DNA of 64,000 nt from an uncultured bacterium (GCA_963727255.1 CAVSFC010000002.1:352001-416000), one strand, 5' to 3'. Numbered from the stretch's first letter, positions 11,014 to 21,408 are shown. Made by a program: numbers and translations. The notes: generated by a model from the letters alone, not told the origin.

Positions 11014-12530
11014 TTATTTTTTTTCGATTTTGTATTGGTTGATGCTTAAATTTTTATCACTTACTAACGTAATTTTGCATTTATACATTTTCTCAAGTGA
11101 TAAAATGGCATTGTATTCAATACTGGTCAAGTGATTCAAATATTTCAGGGTTTAAGCGAATAACGATTTCTTGCGCCGCTTTTTGATCTCTTTTAATTTC
11201 TCTTGCAACTGTCGCAAAATGAGATGGCTTCGGTTTCAATGATTTCACATAGCCAAGCCCTTTGCAGCAGTTGCATTTTTGCATCATCTGTTGCAGAAGA
11301 GTGATGCCTGAACGTTTACGGGTCATTTGCACTAGGCCAAACTCAGAAATTTTAGCACCACTGATTGGAATTTATCTCTTTCTGCGCAATGTTTTTTCAA
11401 AGAAACTGAAATAATTTTTGCTTATTGGCGCCTGAAGCCATATCAATAAAGTCGATTACAATCAGTCCGCCAATGTTGCGCAAGCGTAATTGCCGCACAA
11501 CTTCTTGTGCTGCTTCAAGATTTGTAGCAAGAATGGTTTCTTCTAGGTTTTTTTTGCCGGTAAATTTTCCGGTATTTACATCCACCACGGTCATAGCTTC
11601 AGTGGTTTCAATAATAAGTGATCCGCCTGATTTTAATGGAACTTTTTTCTCAAGCGCCGCTTCAATCTGTTTTTCAATGCCAAAATGATCAAAGATCGGC
11701 GAAGGCCCTTCATACAATTTTATGCGTTGGCTATATTCAGGCGCAATTGCTTTTACAAATTTATAGATCTTATTAAGGCCTTCTTTGTTATCGGTGATAA
11801 CTTCTTCAACATCATCATCAAGATGATCGCGCACAATTTGCAGTGGAAGCTCAATATCTTGAAAAATCTTTTCTTTTGGTTCGGCTGCTTTAAATTTATC
11901 TTGAATATGATTCCAGGTTTCAAGCAAAAAATTGATATCTTTTACGATTTCTTGATTCTTGGCGCCCATCGCTGGTGGTGCGAATAATAGCGCCCATGCC
12001 TTCAGGAAGTGCTTGTTCGCACAATAGTCTTTGAGCCGTGCCCGTTCTTCCCGTTCTTCAATTTTTTTAGAGATGCCAATGCGGGGAATATTGGGCATTA
12101 AGACAATAAAGCGGCCCGGCAGGGTAAAGCAGGTGGAGAGCTTGGCTCCTTTTTCATAGACCGGCTCTTTGCTCACCTGAACCAAAATCTGATCGCCTTC
12201 CTTGAAGATCTTGCTGATATCAATCTGTTCACGGCTGATGCGGGGAGCGGGAGCTTCTTCATCATCAAGTTGGGAATGTCTTGCTGATTTTTTCAATAGC
12301 CAGATCGCGATCAATTTCAGAAATATGCAGAAATCCGGCTTTTTCTTGGCCAATATCCACAAATGCGGTTTGGATTCCCGGCAATACCTTTGGTCACAAC
12401 CCCTTTAAAAAAGGCTCGTTCAAGAGGGTTTTCCGTATGGCCGGTAAAATAGACGTTTTGCAACAATCCATCCGTGGTTATGGCAATTCGTGGTTTGCCA
12501 AGGATTTTCATTTATTAAAATTTTTTTCAT
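11014..12530 (-). CDS. rng: Ribonuclease G/E family (multiple frameshifts)
   Basis: ILVQVSKEP, EAMTVVDVNTGKF, TNLEAAQEVVRQLRLRNIGGLIVIDFIDM, QMTRKR, CxxCxGxG; start MKKILIN at 12530. Confidence 0.92.
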
Positions 12531-12676
12531 GCTGTTTTTGCCATTTTTGAAATTCTTTTTTCTCATTAACTATAGCCTATTTTGCAGATAATGAGTAGAA
12601 AATTGGCTAAAATTGTGATAAAGTCCCTATGCTGTTATATAAATTAACAATTTTTACTTTCAACTAGGGAGTATTC

Positions 12677-13311
12677 ATGAATAAACAATTTCTCGTGGCT
12701 TTATCCGTATTGGCTTTGATGCCAGGTTGTTTTTCCCGTCAAAAAAATGCGGAAAAAAGGGTAAACAAAAATGATGTTATAACCGATGTGGATATCCCGG
12801 TTGCAGAGGATAGCGTAAAAAACTTCTTTGATGAAGATATGGGTGATTTGGCCCTAGCAGAAACGTTGCCGCATTGAAAATGATGATACCCAATATGCCT
12901 GGATTGATCAAGCAGGCAAAAATCAATGGATTCAAGAAGGTATATTTTGATTTTAATAAATCCAATATCAAAACAAGTGAAAAAGAAGCGGTTGCGCACG
13001 ATGTCGCCCGCATGCAAGAATTAATGGCGCAAGAGCAAAGGGATGGAAAAGTAGTGCAATTTGTGATCAATGGCAATGCTGATCATGCTGCAGGCTCAGA
13101 TTTCTATAACCGCTGTCTCTCCGAAAGACGAGCAAAAACACTTAAGGATTGTGCCGTTGCGGCCGGTATTCCAGCCAACAAAATCAAGATTGTGGGCCGA
13201 GGATCGGATATACCTGAGATGGTAAATGGAAAACCATGCACCGGAGATAAGGATCAACAATGGCCAAACCGCCGCGATGAGATCCAAGTGATTCCTGCGG
13301 TTGCCGCATAA
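12677..13311 (+). CDS. pal: OmpA/Pal-family peptidoglycan-associated lipoprotein (one frameshift at ~12870)
   Basis: Lipobox-like LMPG-C; VYFDFNKSNI, GNAD..GSDFYNRCLSERRA, NRRDEI. Confidence 0.82.
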
Positions 13312-13332
13312 TGTTTGTTCCATAAAAAAACT

Positions 13333-13363
13333 AAAGGGCCCGATTAATCGGGCCTTTTTTATT
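13333..13363 (+). terminator. Intrinsic terminator
   Basis: aaagggcccgat-ta-atcgggccttt hairpin followed by a T-run after pal. Confidence 0.8.
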
Positions 13364-13590
13364 CTCCGACGCCAGAAAACCGCAAGGCTTTTTAAGCCTG
13401 AGGATTAATGGCGGGAGAATATCCGCCGAAGTTTGCCTCTACTTCGCCCTTCGGGCTTCGAAGAGCAAGCGAGCCGGCCTGTCCTTCGTAGCTTTAGCGT
13501 AGTAGGAAAGGCCCGGATAAACGTAGGCTGGATAAGGCTTTGGCGAATTCCGCGCGATACATCGGCTTTTAAGCCGATGAGCGCTTCATT
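13361..13590. mobile_element. Composite non-autonomous element: IS200/IS605-like hairpin ends with nested palindromic repeats
   Basis: Hairpins ccgcaaggctttttaagcctgagg and catcggcttttaagccgatg flank palindromic units; no transposase present. Confidence 0.5.
13433..13520 (+). repeat. Dispersed ~88-nt palindromic repeat, copy 1
   Basis: Matches 43866-43954 except for one indel and one substitution. Confidence 0.92.
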
Positions 13591-13604
13591 AGAGGTGAAC
13601 TTTT

Positions 13605-13970
13605 ATGAAATTATTAGCCGCAATTGTTTTTGCAACAAGTGTAACGTCTTCTTATGCTATGCAACTTCAACAAAATGGGCGTGCCAAAGTTGTCGCTGCA
13701 TCTTTAAAAGCCTTTCGTAAAACAGATCAAAATACTATTATTGCCTGGCAGGGAAAGCTTGATAATAATAGGGAAATACTAGTAGAGAAATTCTATCGCA
13801 AAAGAAAAACACGAAAAGTTCCCATGCCACGCGTATTGGAACCTCGCTATAAGGGTTACACGTGCCCATCTCTAAAGGCCCGAATAGGAAGAAAAAAATT
13901 ATCAAGAAAAGAGGCTAAGAAATATGCGAAGGAGTTAGAAACAAAGGCTTGTCTATCAATGTGGTTGTGA
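13605..13970 (+). CDS. Basic exported protein, paralog of 14028-14435
   Basis: Signal peptide SYA-MQL; shared WxGxL..YRKRxTR..GRKKLS..AxKYA..E. Confidence 0.72.
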   Translation: MKLLAAIVFATSVTSSYAMQLQQNGRAKVVAASLKAFRKTDQNTIIAWQGKLDNNREILVEKFYRKRKTRKVPMPRVLEPRYKGYTCPSLKARIGRKKLSRKEAKKYAKELETKACLSMWL

Positions 13971-14027
13971 TTATGAAAACATTTTTGGATTCAATTAAAA
14001 AATAAACCCAAAATAAAGGATTGTATA

Positions 14028-14435
14028 ATGTTGCATATCAATAAATTGTGCATTATTGCTGTACTTTTTGCAGGAAGCTATTTATCAATTTGTGCAATGG
14101 AGTCTTCAGAAAATGATGTTGCGAGCATTCAAGATTCGGAAGTTGCTTCGGCTGAAGAAGTTGGCCGAAAAGATGATGATCTGATCTGGCATGGAATTCT
14201 TAAGAATGGTACCTTAGCAGTTGTTAAACGCATCTATAGGAAGCGCACAACTCGCCATACCCCCCCATGCGTTGCCCTGCGCCCCTCTCATATTGGATGG
14301 ATCGTAAATGATTATAAATTTCGAAAAGGAAGAAAAAAATTGTCTGTGCAAGATGCAGAAAAATATGCCACACAAATGGAAAGCCGCGCGCTAGAGAATT
14401 TTATTAACTCAAAACAATTTTTATTGGATCGGTAG
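14028..14435 (+). CDS. Basic exported protein, paralog of 13605-13970
   Basis: Signal peptide ICA-MES; shared motifs as above. Confidence 0.72.
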   Translation: MLHINKLCIIAVLFAGSYLSICAMESSENDVASIQDSEVASAEEVGRKDDDLIWHGILKNGTLAVVKRIYRKRTTRHTPPCVALRPSHIGWIVNDYKFRKGRKKLSVQDAEKYATQMESRALENFINSKQFLLDR

Positions 14436-14487
14436 GTAGAGTAAAGCAAAAAAATGCTTAAAATTGTTGATTTTAAAGGAACAGATA

Positions 14488-14916
14488 ATGAATAGTAAAA
14501 ATCTAGTAATTCTTATTTTTCTTTCACAAACCTCTTTTTCAATGGTAAGCATGGAGCCTGCGCAAGCGTCCAATCAGAAAAAATGCAATGAAGATAAAAA
14601 TCGCCTCATTGCAGCACTGAGCATGGTTGAACAGGATCATGGAACAAAATGTGTAATGATTGAAACCAAGGAAGAAAGAGCGATCTTGTTCGAAAAATTT
14701 ATCGGCTCTTGGTATAAACGAGTTTCCAAAGAAGAACCTTTTGATCGATTTGACCACTATTTAGAAGAAGCGGGTATAAGTGGTACATGGATAGAAGAAT
14801 GGGGATCAAAAAGGGAAGTTAAGTGGATCACCATCTCAGATTTTACGGATGTCATAAAAAATCTTGTAAGAGCACCGATAACCAGCTCTGCGCCTCGTTC
14901 TAAGAATAATTCTTAA
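14488..14916 (+). CDS. Hypothetical exported protein
   Basis: AAGGA RBS before ATG 14488; signal peptide ending SFS-M. Confidence 0.65.
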   Translation: MNSKNLVILIFLSQTSFSMVSMEPAQASNQKKCNEDKNRLIAALSMVEQDHGTKCVMIETKEERAILFEKFIGSWYKRVSKEEPFDRFDHYLEEAGISGTWIEEWGSKREVKWITISDFTDVIKNLVRAPITSSAPRSKNNS

Positions 14917-16051
14917 TTAATTCCTCTATAATTGGTCTTATTTCAAGATCGAGCCGATTTTTATGAAATGTTTCTAAATTATGCTTTATTTTTTCGTAAT
15001 TTGCCGGATCTTCTAAGATAGTAAGAATTGCTTGGTTAAGCTCACCAACTTTTTTAAGGCTAATGCCCCAATCATGCGCAGTCAAAAGGGTATGATTGAG
15101 CCGTTCCCAATAAAGCAAAGTTGCCGTCGCATCAAGAATCATGGGGACATTCATGGTGATTCCTTCGGCAAAGCTTACCGATCCCGATTTAGTGATAAGC
15201 AGATCAGCCATTGCAAGCAGATCAGAAATCCGTTCAGTGAATCCAAGTATGGTAACTGAGATGTGCGGCTCAAAATTAATTTTTTTAATTGTTTCTTTAA
15301 TTTCACTATTCCTGCCGATGCAGATGATAACGTGTGCCGGGATCGGCAAATCTGCCACCTGCTTGGCGAATGTTAGAATAGCATTATTCCCTTGGCCGCC
15401 CATCATGAGCACAATAACCGGCTTGCCCTGGCAAACTGCAAACTGTTTTTTAAGCAGATCTTTATCTTTGGGCTCAAAGAAATCTTTGCGCATGGGCAGG
15501 CCCATAACTGAAATTTGTGCTGCAGGTATATTTGCGGGAGCGATCGTGGCTTTTACCAAAGGATCATTTGAGGCGATATTGGCAAAGAATTTAGGGAATT
15601 TTGGATGATTAATCCCGGTTACAAAGCTGGTAACATCAAAATCAGTGGGGATAAGCAAAAATGGGATATTATTATGTTCTGCTGTTTCTAGAATTACATC
15701 ATTAACCACCGGAATTACTGAGATAATAAGATCGGGCTTCTGCTCAGTTAAATAAGCATTAGCAATTTTGATCATAAAATCTTTGCGGGTGCCAAAATAC
15801 CAGTTGCCCAAATTATAGATGCCATTAAGAATTGAATACCAGCGGCGGCGCAGGAAGAAATTATAGACATCTTCACCGTTCATTCTGCCAAAAGTTAAGA
15901 ATGCTACCGGATCGATACCCTTGAACACTTCTTCAAAAATATATACTGGGACAATCTCATATTCATCCGATAAATAGGATTGCAGGGCCTTGGTGGCACT
16001 GATATGCCCATTGCCCCCGGAGCTGGTGAAAATAATGATTTTTTTCTTCAT
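14900..16051 (-). CDS. GT28 glycosyltransferase, MGDG synthase/UgtP-like diacylglycerol glycosyltransferase
   Basis: SSGGNGHISA, PTDF, MMGGQG, ICIGRN, DLLITKSGSVSFAE, WERLN. Confidence 0.85.
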   Translation of the reverse strand: MKKKIIIFTSSGGNGHISATKALQSYLSDEYEIVPVYIFEEVFKGIDPVAFLTFGRMNGEDVYNFFLRRRWYSILNGIYNLGNWYFGTRKDFMIKIANAYLTEQKPDLIISVIPVVNDVILETAEHNNIPFLLIPTDFDVTSFVTGINHPKFPKFFANIASNDPLVKATIAPANIPAAQISVMGLPMRKDFFEPKDKDLLKKQFAVCQGKPVIVLMMGGQGNNAILTFAKQVADLPIPAHVIICIGRNSEIKETIKKINFEPHISVTILGFTERISDLLAMADLLITKSGSVSFAEGITMNVPMILDATATLLYWERLNHTLLTAHDWGISLKKVGELNQAILTILEDPANYEKIKHNLETFHKNRLDLEIRPIIEELIKNYS

Positions 16052-16126
16052 ATATTGGTAATAAGAGCGTATTTTTACTATTTTTTCTCTAGAATTCAAT
16101 AGAACTATAGCCCTAGTATAGCAGAA

Positions 16127-16321
16127 TTAGGGAGTTTTATCTCGGGCACTCAACCGGCTCCACATAGAAAAGAGCTCTTCATAATCTTTTTGTTCTCTTT
16201 GCATTCTTTGCTCAGGACTTTCTGTGGGATCTGATGTGAAGCCATCAGAATTGTCAAGGAACATCGCATTGAGCGGTATTACTAGGGCAAAAAACGCAAC
16301 AAAAACATATTTAAACTGCAT
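16127..16321 (-). CDS. Small exported protein, possibly a truncated paralog of the adjacent ankyrin genes
   Basis: 64 aa, signal peptide LNA-MFLDNS, resembling MESQLLDNS of 16363-17112. Confidence 0.45.
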   Translation of the reverse strand: MQFKYVFVAFFALVIPLNAMFLDNSDGFTSDPTESPEQRMQREQKDYEELFSMWSRLSARDKTP

Positions 16322-16362
16322 ATTCTAAGTCCGATTCTAGCATCGATTATGATATTTTATTT

Positions 16363-17112
16363 TTAGGTTCTGCTGCTTTGCTTGGCAAATTCGGCAAATT
16401 CAACGCATAGCGGATCATTGATTGCATAAGCGTCTTCAAAGAGAGTTTTCCCACTCTTATATTTTAAAGCCAAATCTGTTTTTGGGGCAATGAGCGCGAT
16501 AATTTTTTTACGTTGTGCAACGAATGCTTCCAATTTTGCAGGTATATCACAGTGATCCCTGAAGCGCAGGCAGATCATTTCATAGAGTGGGGTATGCTCA
16601 CTTCTATTCCTCAAATTAGGATTGGCACCATGATCTAAGAGAGCTTTGACAATAGCTTCTTGCTTGATTGCTTCTTCTTTAACGGTAACAGAAGAGAGGC
16701 ATGCTGCATGCAGGGGTGTCACGTTGGAAGTATATCTAAATTGCGGATTGATATTAATATTGTTCTGCTTCAGCAGCTCTTCAACATTTTTTTGGCTGAG
16801 ATAACTTGCGGCAATAAGTAAGGGAGTATCGCCAAGTACTTGGTGATTCGGATTTGCGTTTAATTCTAGAAGTTGCTGAGTAAAATGAAATCGATGATCA
16901 AATCTGCAGGCCCATAATAATGGAGAATAGTGGGTATCTTTTATTAGTGCATCAATATTCTTTTTATTAGCAATTCTTGCTTCAACTTCGGTTGAATATT
17001 CTTCATTTAATAGGTCATCGTAAAATTCAACACTATTATCTAAAAGTTGGCTTTCCATAGGATGTGATTGTATTGGCCAAAGTAGGCTCGCAACAATAAA
17101 TAGTTTTTTCAT
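16363..17112 (-). CDS. Exported ankyrin-repeat protein
   Basis: SPLLWAC, DTPLLIAA, VTPLHAAC, LLDHGANPN, HTPLY. Confidence 0.85.
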   Translation of the reverse strand: MKKLFIVASLLWPIQSHPMESQLLDNSVEFYDDLLNEEYSTEVEARIANKKNIDALIKDTHYSPLLWACRFDHRFHFTQQLLELNANPNHQVLGDTPLLIAASYLSQKNVEELLKQNNININPQFRYTSNVTPLHAACLSSVTVKEEAIKQEAIVKALLDHGANPNLRNRSEHTPLYEMICLRFRDHCDIPAKLEAFVAQRKKIIALIAPKTDLALKYKSGKTLFEDAYAINDPLCVEFAEFAKQSSRT

Positions 17113-17129
17113 TCTTAAATCCATAATTT

Positions 17130-18395
17130 TTAGCAGCGATCCGCAATATATTGCAATATATCTTTTGGCATATTCTTAATAGTATTGGGCTCTTTACTTT
17201 TATACAACAATTGTAGCATGCGCAAAACATATTTTTCTTCAGCATACTTTGCCAAATCCATAATATCAGGATCTCTTTTTTCATCTTGGGCATACTTCAC
17301 TGGAGATCGCGGATCATCTTTTATGGTTAATAGATGTGCTCCATGAAAAATAAGTTTATGAATAAGATTTTTCCTCACTTGTTTTTCTTGAGGAGTTAAT
17401 GTATAAAACCAGGGTTGGAATATGGGCTGATAAAGTGGAGTTAGCTCCAAAAAATCAGTTGCTGTAATAGGGTATTTGCTATACATATTTACTATTGCAC
17501 CTTTGTGCAATAGTAATTCAACAAAACGAATAAGATCTTGTGGAGTAACCATCAGATTGGCAGTAGAAAGTCTATATAAAGCCGTTCTATCTCCATAGGC
17601 TTCATTAGGATCAAGCCCATGTTTAAGAAGTTCTTCAGCACATTGAATTTCGAGGCTCTTAAACGGTGAACTAGCTAAAAAAGCAAGATGTTGGCTTGTT
17701 GGCTTTGCGCCGGCTTCCAAAAGTTTTTTAACCAGATCAAGATCTTTTCCGGAAAAATAATGTAAAACTGCGTTACTTATCTCTGGAGATAGCGGTTTAA
17801 TGATGCAAAATGGCGAGGCAAAAAGGGAATCAAGCGGTGTATCCAAAAAATTGTTTTTTTGAGTAGCCTTCAGTTTTCTTTGCAAAAGCAATTGCACAAT
17901 GGCTTCTCGATTGTTGCACATAGTTTGGTTGTATTGGTCATCTTCTGAGAATGCAACTCCTGCGGCACATGCAGCATGAAGAAGAGAGTTGCCATTGCTA
18001 TCGATAGAATCGATCTCGATTCCTGGTTGCTTTAATAGTTCTTGGGTCGCCAGTAAATTCGATTCATTGACAGCTCTGAAAAGTGGTGTTCTTCCTTGCG
18101 CATCTTTAATATTGATATCAGCGCCTTTGCTAATGAGTGAACGCATCAATCCGATTTTATTCTCTTCCGCGGCAAAATGTAACGGAATAGTGGTATATGG
18201 CCTGCCGGTAAAACAGCACATAATAGTAATTGAGGCGTCAGGATTTTTACTATCAATTCCATAGAGAGCTTTTTCTATCTCATCTGAGAGCAATTGTGTA
18301 ATTTCAACGTCAGATTCATAGTTTGATCCGATTTCCATGCTTGTAATCGATGATACTGTGAAAAAAGTCAGACTTGAGAGAAATATTTTTTTCAT
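17130..18395 (-). CDS. Exported ankyrin-repeat protein with C-terminal F-box/PRANC-like motif
   Basis: PLHFAA, GRTPLFRAV, GNSLLHAAC, DTPLD, RTALY; C-terminal MPKDILQYIA. Confidence 0.85.
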   Translation of the reverse strand: MKKIFLSSLTFFTVSSITSMEIGSNYESDVEITQLLSDEIEKALYGIDSKNPDASITIMCCFTGRPYTTIPLHFAAEENKIGLMRSLISKGADINIKDAQGRTPLFRAVNESNLLATQELLKQPGIEIDSIDSNGNSLLHAACAAGVAFSEDDQYNQTMCNNREAIVQLLLQRKLKATQKNNFLDTPLDSLFASPFCIIKPLSPEISNAVLHYFSGKDLDLVKKLLEAGAKPTSQHLAFLASSPFKSLEIQCAEELLKHGLDPNEAYGDRTALYRLSTANLMVTPQDLIRFVELLLHKGAIVNMYSKYPITATDFLELTPLYQPIFQPWFYTLTPQEKQVRKNLIHKLIFHGAHLLTIKDDPRSPVKYAQDEKRDPDIMDLAKYAEEKYVLRMLQLLYKSKEPNTIKNMPKDILQYIADRC

Positions 18396-18415
18396 AGATG
18401 CTCCTTGAGGCAAAA

Positions 18416-19198
18416 TTATTGTTGTAATTTTATTGAATCAGCAGTTTTAATCGCAAAATCGGCAAGCTGTGTAAAGTAGGGGATTTTTTTAGAATAAGCC
18501 CATTCTATGGCGGATTTGCCTGTTGGCGCCAGGCCTTCGACTAACTTTACATGAGCGCCGGCTTTAATAATCGTGGCAATAAGATTTGTAACGTGAGGAA
18601 TGAGGTTTTCGATTCTAATTTCTTTATCAATAATTTCTGTTCTTTGTGCGACTGCTAGCTTATCAGTAATGATTGTTGGGTAACGATTCAGAAGATAATA
18701 GAGTGGAGTATATCCCCAGCGATTTTTTATATTAACGGCTGCGCCATTTTGCAGCAATTTTTCTAAAATAGTTTCACGCTTTTTGCACAGGTCTTTATTG
18801 CACTGATCGATCACTTGTTGCTTTATATGCTGGGCTTGATCAGCTCCATTTTTAGAGTTTTCATACAATAAAAGTCTATTTTTTGGCATGCATAGCAAAT
18901 GAAGCGCGGAGCCCCCATCAAGAGAAGAATTTGCATGATTTACATCAATTCCTTCCTGGCTGAGAAGAAATTCTACTGTTTTTAGTTGTAATGCTTGCGT
19001 TGCTACCATTAAAGGAGTGTTGCTAAATTTATCTTTAGCATTAACATCGGCCCCATTATTTATGAGCTCACAGGTATCCAAAAAATGGTCATCAGATTGA
19101 GCGGAAAAATGCAAGCTTCGAATTAAATCTTTTTCTTGCTGCATTCCTGCAAGAGAGGCTGCTGAAAGAATGCAGCTCATGAAAAAGAATTTTTTCAT
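18416..19198 (-). CDS. Exported ankyrin-repeat protein
   Basis: NGADVNAKDKFSNTPLMVA, GGSALHLL, GYTPLYYL. Confidence 0.85.
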   Translation of the reverse strand: MKKFFFMSCILSAASLAGMQQEKDLIRSLHFSAQSDDHFLDTCELINNGADVNAKDKFSNTPLMVATQALQLKTVEFLLSQEGIDVNHANSSLDGGSALHLLCMPKNRLLLYENSKNGADQAQHIKQQVIDQCNKDLCKKRETILEKLLQNGAAVNIKNRWGYTPLYYLLNRYPTIITDKLAVAQRTEIIDKEIRIENLIPHVTNLIATIIKAGAHVKLVEGLAPTGKSAIEWAYSKKIPYFTQLADFAIKTADSIKLQQ

Positions 19199-19273
19199 CC
19201 TATTTCCCAATGCAAAAATGTTCTACTGTTTTAATAATAATGGCTTTTTTCCTGCCTGGAAGCAATAATCGGT

Positions 19274-19945
19274 TTAATCATTAAGATCAAGTTTGGCAAG
19301 TCCGATGGTAGCAGGGCTTTTTGCTTTATTTACTGGAAATGCAAAAGAAGTTATTATTTTAACTATATCTGCCGGTAATTTGGAAAAATATGGGGAATCC
19401 TGGCGATATACATTTGTTTGATAGTGGATAGTGCATAAAAAAATAGAGCGCTGCTCTATTTCCGCAAAATGTGCCAGTTCAAAGAAATATGGCTGATCGA
19501 TTTCATAGGCCCTTTTTATCACAGATTTTCGAACTTGTACCCCTATTTCCGCTCTTATATCTGCACCAGCTCTTATAAGTTTACTTATGAGTCTTTTAAC
19601 ATGCGGCATGTAAGGGCGCCAATCTTCTTCTTCCTCTAAATTGTTGCTTGAAAGCGCTTCAATTTCAGTTGTCGGATAATTCAATAGAAGCCCAGCAAGT
19701 GGCGTCCTTACTATAGGGCGACTGCAGTTTGGATTAATTTTTTTTGCTAATAATTCTTTGACTTTTTCTTCTCGTTTCTTCTGGCCCGGTTCAATCAACT
19801 CAGCTTCATCTTTTGGATAACATATGCTGATTAGTTCTTGCTCAAGCTTGGCTTTCTCCTGCGCTAAAGTGACAAGTTGTTTCTTTTCCATGCCTTGAAG
19901 AGATATTGCAAAAAGAGTGCAACTAATGAGAAAGAGTTTTTTCAT
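19274..19945 (-). CDS. Exported degenerate ankyrin protein with C-terminal F-box-like motif
   Basis: LIRAGADI; C-terminal segment similar to 18416-19198; FSKLPADIVKIITSF. Confidence 0.7.
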   Translation of the reverse strand: MKKLFLISCTLFAISLQGMEKKQLVTLAQEKAKLEQELISICYPKDEAELIEPGQKKREEKVKELLAKKINPNCSRPIVRTPLAGLLLNYPTTEIEALSSNNLEEEEDWRPYMPHVKRLISKLIRAGADIRAEIGVQVRKSVIKRAYEIDQPYFFELAHFAEIEQRSIFLCTIHYQTNVYRQDSPYFSKLPADIVKIITSFAFPVNKAKSPATIGLAKLDLND

Positions 19946-19946
19946 C

Positions 19947-21347
19947 TTATTTCCCGATGCAAAATGTTCTGAAGATCATATCCATGCTTGCTTCACTAAT
20001 CTCTTTCCCGGAAAGTTCTGCTAAATGAGCAATTGCATCATTTAAATGTATGGCAAGCAATTCATATGCAATTGCTTTTCCCTCAAGCATTAGTTTAATG
20101 ATAATGGCTTTTTTCTCGAATGCAAGCAATAAATTGTGCTGCCTTTGATTGAGTAAAAATGGGGATTCGATTGCATCAAAAAGATTTTTAATTTTTTGTT
20201 CGATGAGCATTTCGAGTGTATCGATATTTATTTTAGTTTTGCTTGAGACAGCAATATGAGCATCCTTCGATACGCCCATTGCATGGGCAATGCGTGATGA
20301 GGATCTTTCTATTTCATCGCATTTTGTATATACCGCAATAATTTTTTTTGCATGATCTGAAAGTAATTGCGCATACACTTTTTCTTCTACAGCAGTTAAA
20401 GGTCGGGTTGCATCAAAAGTAAGTAGAATAATATCTGCCAAGTGAGCTTCCTTGAATGAGCGGGCGATTCCTTCTTGTTCAATGATATCATCAGTTTCGC
20501 GCAAGCCTGCAGTATCTACTAGTGTCCAGAAATTGCCATTTTTATAAAGCCCTGCTTCGATGCTATCGCGCGTGGTGCCGGCAATTGCCGTTACAATTGC
20601 GCGCTGTTGATTGAGCAACGCATTAAAGAGTGATGATTTTCCTGCGTTAACACTTCCAATGATTGCAATGCGAATTCCTTGGCGAATGTGTTGCTGCTGA
20701 TTAAATGTTTTTTTGATGCTATCAATTGTAGCGAGTGTCGCGGTGATTATGGCATTAATTTGATCGCCAAATTCCATCTCTTCATCTAGAAATTCAAAGC
20801 TTGCCTGGCATAATGCCAAGGCGTTAAGCAACTCTTTTTCCAGATGAGCGATCCACTGCAGAAAAACTCCCTGATAATTGGCAAAGGGATTGCTTTAATG
20901 CCATTTGGGTTTGGGCATGAATGAGTTCATTAATCGCTTCTGCTTGTATAATATCAATTTTGCCATGAAGAACGGCGCGTTTGGTGAATTCCCCTTCTTG
21001 CGCGAGGCGGGCACCATGGGCGATGGCCAGAACAATAATCTGTTCAATAATAAATTGATTATTATGGCAGGTAATTTCTACCGTATCTTGGCCGGTAAAG
21101 GTGTGAGGTGTGCGCATGAGCAAAAACATAACCTGATCAACCAGAGCGCCATCCGGCTCAACGATGCTGCCATAATGAATGGTATGGCTTGGCTGATCAA
21201 TAAGGGATTTATTGCCCGAGTAATTTGGCAATTTTACTCAGCAATCTCTATGGCATTAATGCCAGAAATGCGGAGTAAGGCGATCGCCCCGCTTCCGCGG
21301 GGCGTGCATTGTGCAATAATAGTTTGATCATCAATTGAGTGAAACAT
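19947..21347 (-). CDS. mnmE: tRNA modification GTPase MnmE (frameshifts at ~21230 and ~20830)
   Basis: DQTIIAQCTPRGSGAIALLRISG, FTGQDTVEI, GSVNAGKSSLFN, GTTRD, DTAGLR, FCIGK. Confidence 0.95.
20260..20304 (-). repeat. Family I palindromic element, in frame inside mnmE
   Basis: Minus strand atcctcatcacgcattgcccatgcaatgggcgtatcgaaggatg, encoding SSSRIAHAMGVSKDA. Confidence 0.65.
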
Positions 21348-21368
21348 GAACCGCCATCAAAAAAACCT

Positions 21369-21408
21369 TTCATCCTGAGGAGTACCGTTAGGTACGTCTC
21401 GAAGGATT
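21369..21408 (+). repeat. Family I palindromic element overlapping the jag stop codon
   Basis: tcatcctgaggagtaccgttaggtacgtctcgaagga. Confidence 0.8.

Noticed and set aside
13433..13720. 95-aa ORF, and similarly 43813-44109
   Set aside because: Translations of the palindromic repeat overlapping real genes in another frame or strand
15141..15608. Long antisense ORFs (also 20905-21327, 21736-22092, 30244-30561, 46436-46783)
   Set aside because: Shadow frames opposite well-supported genes
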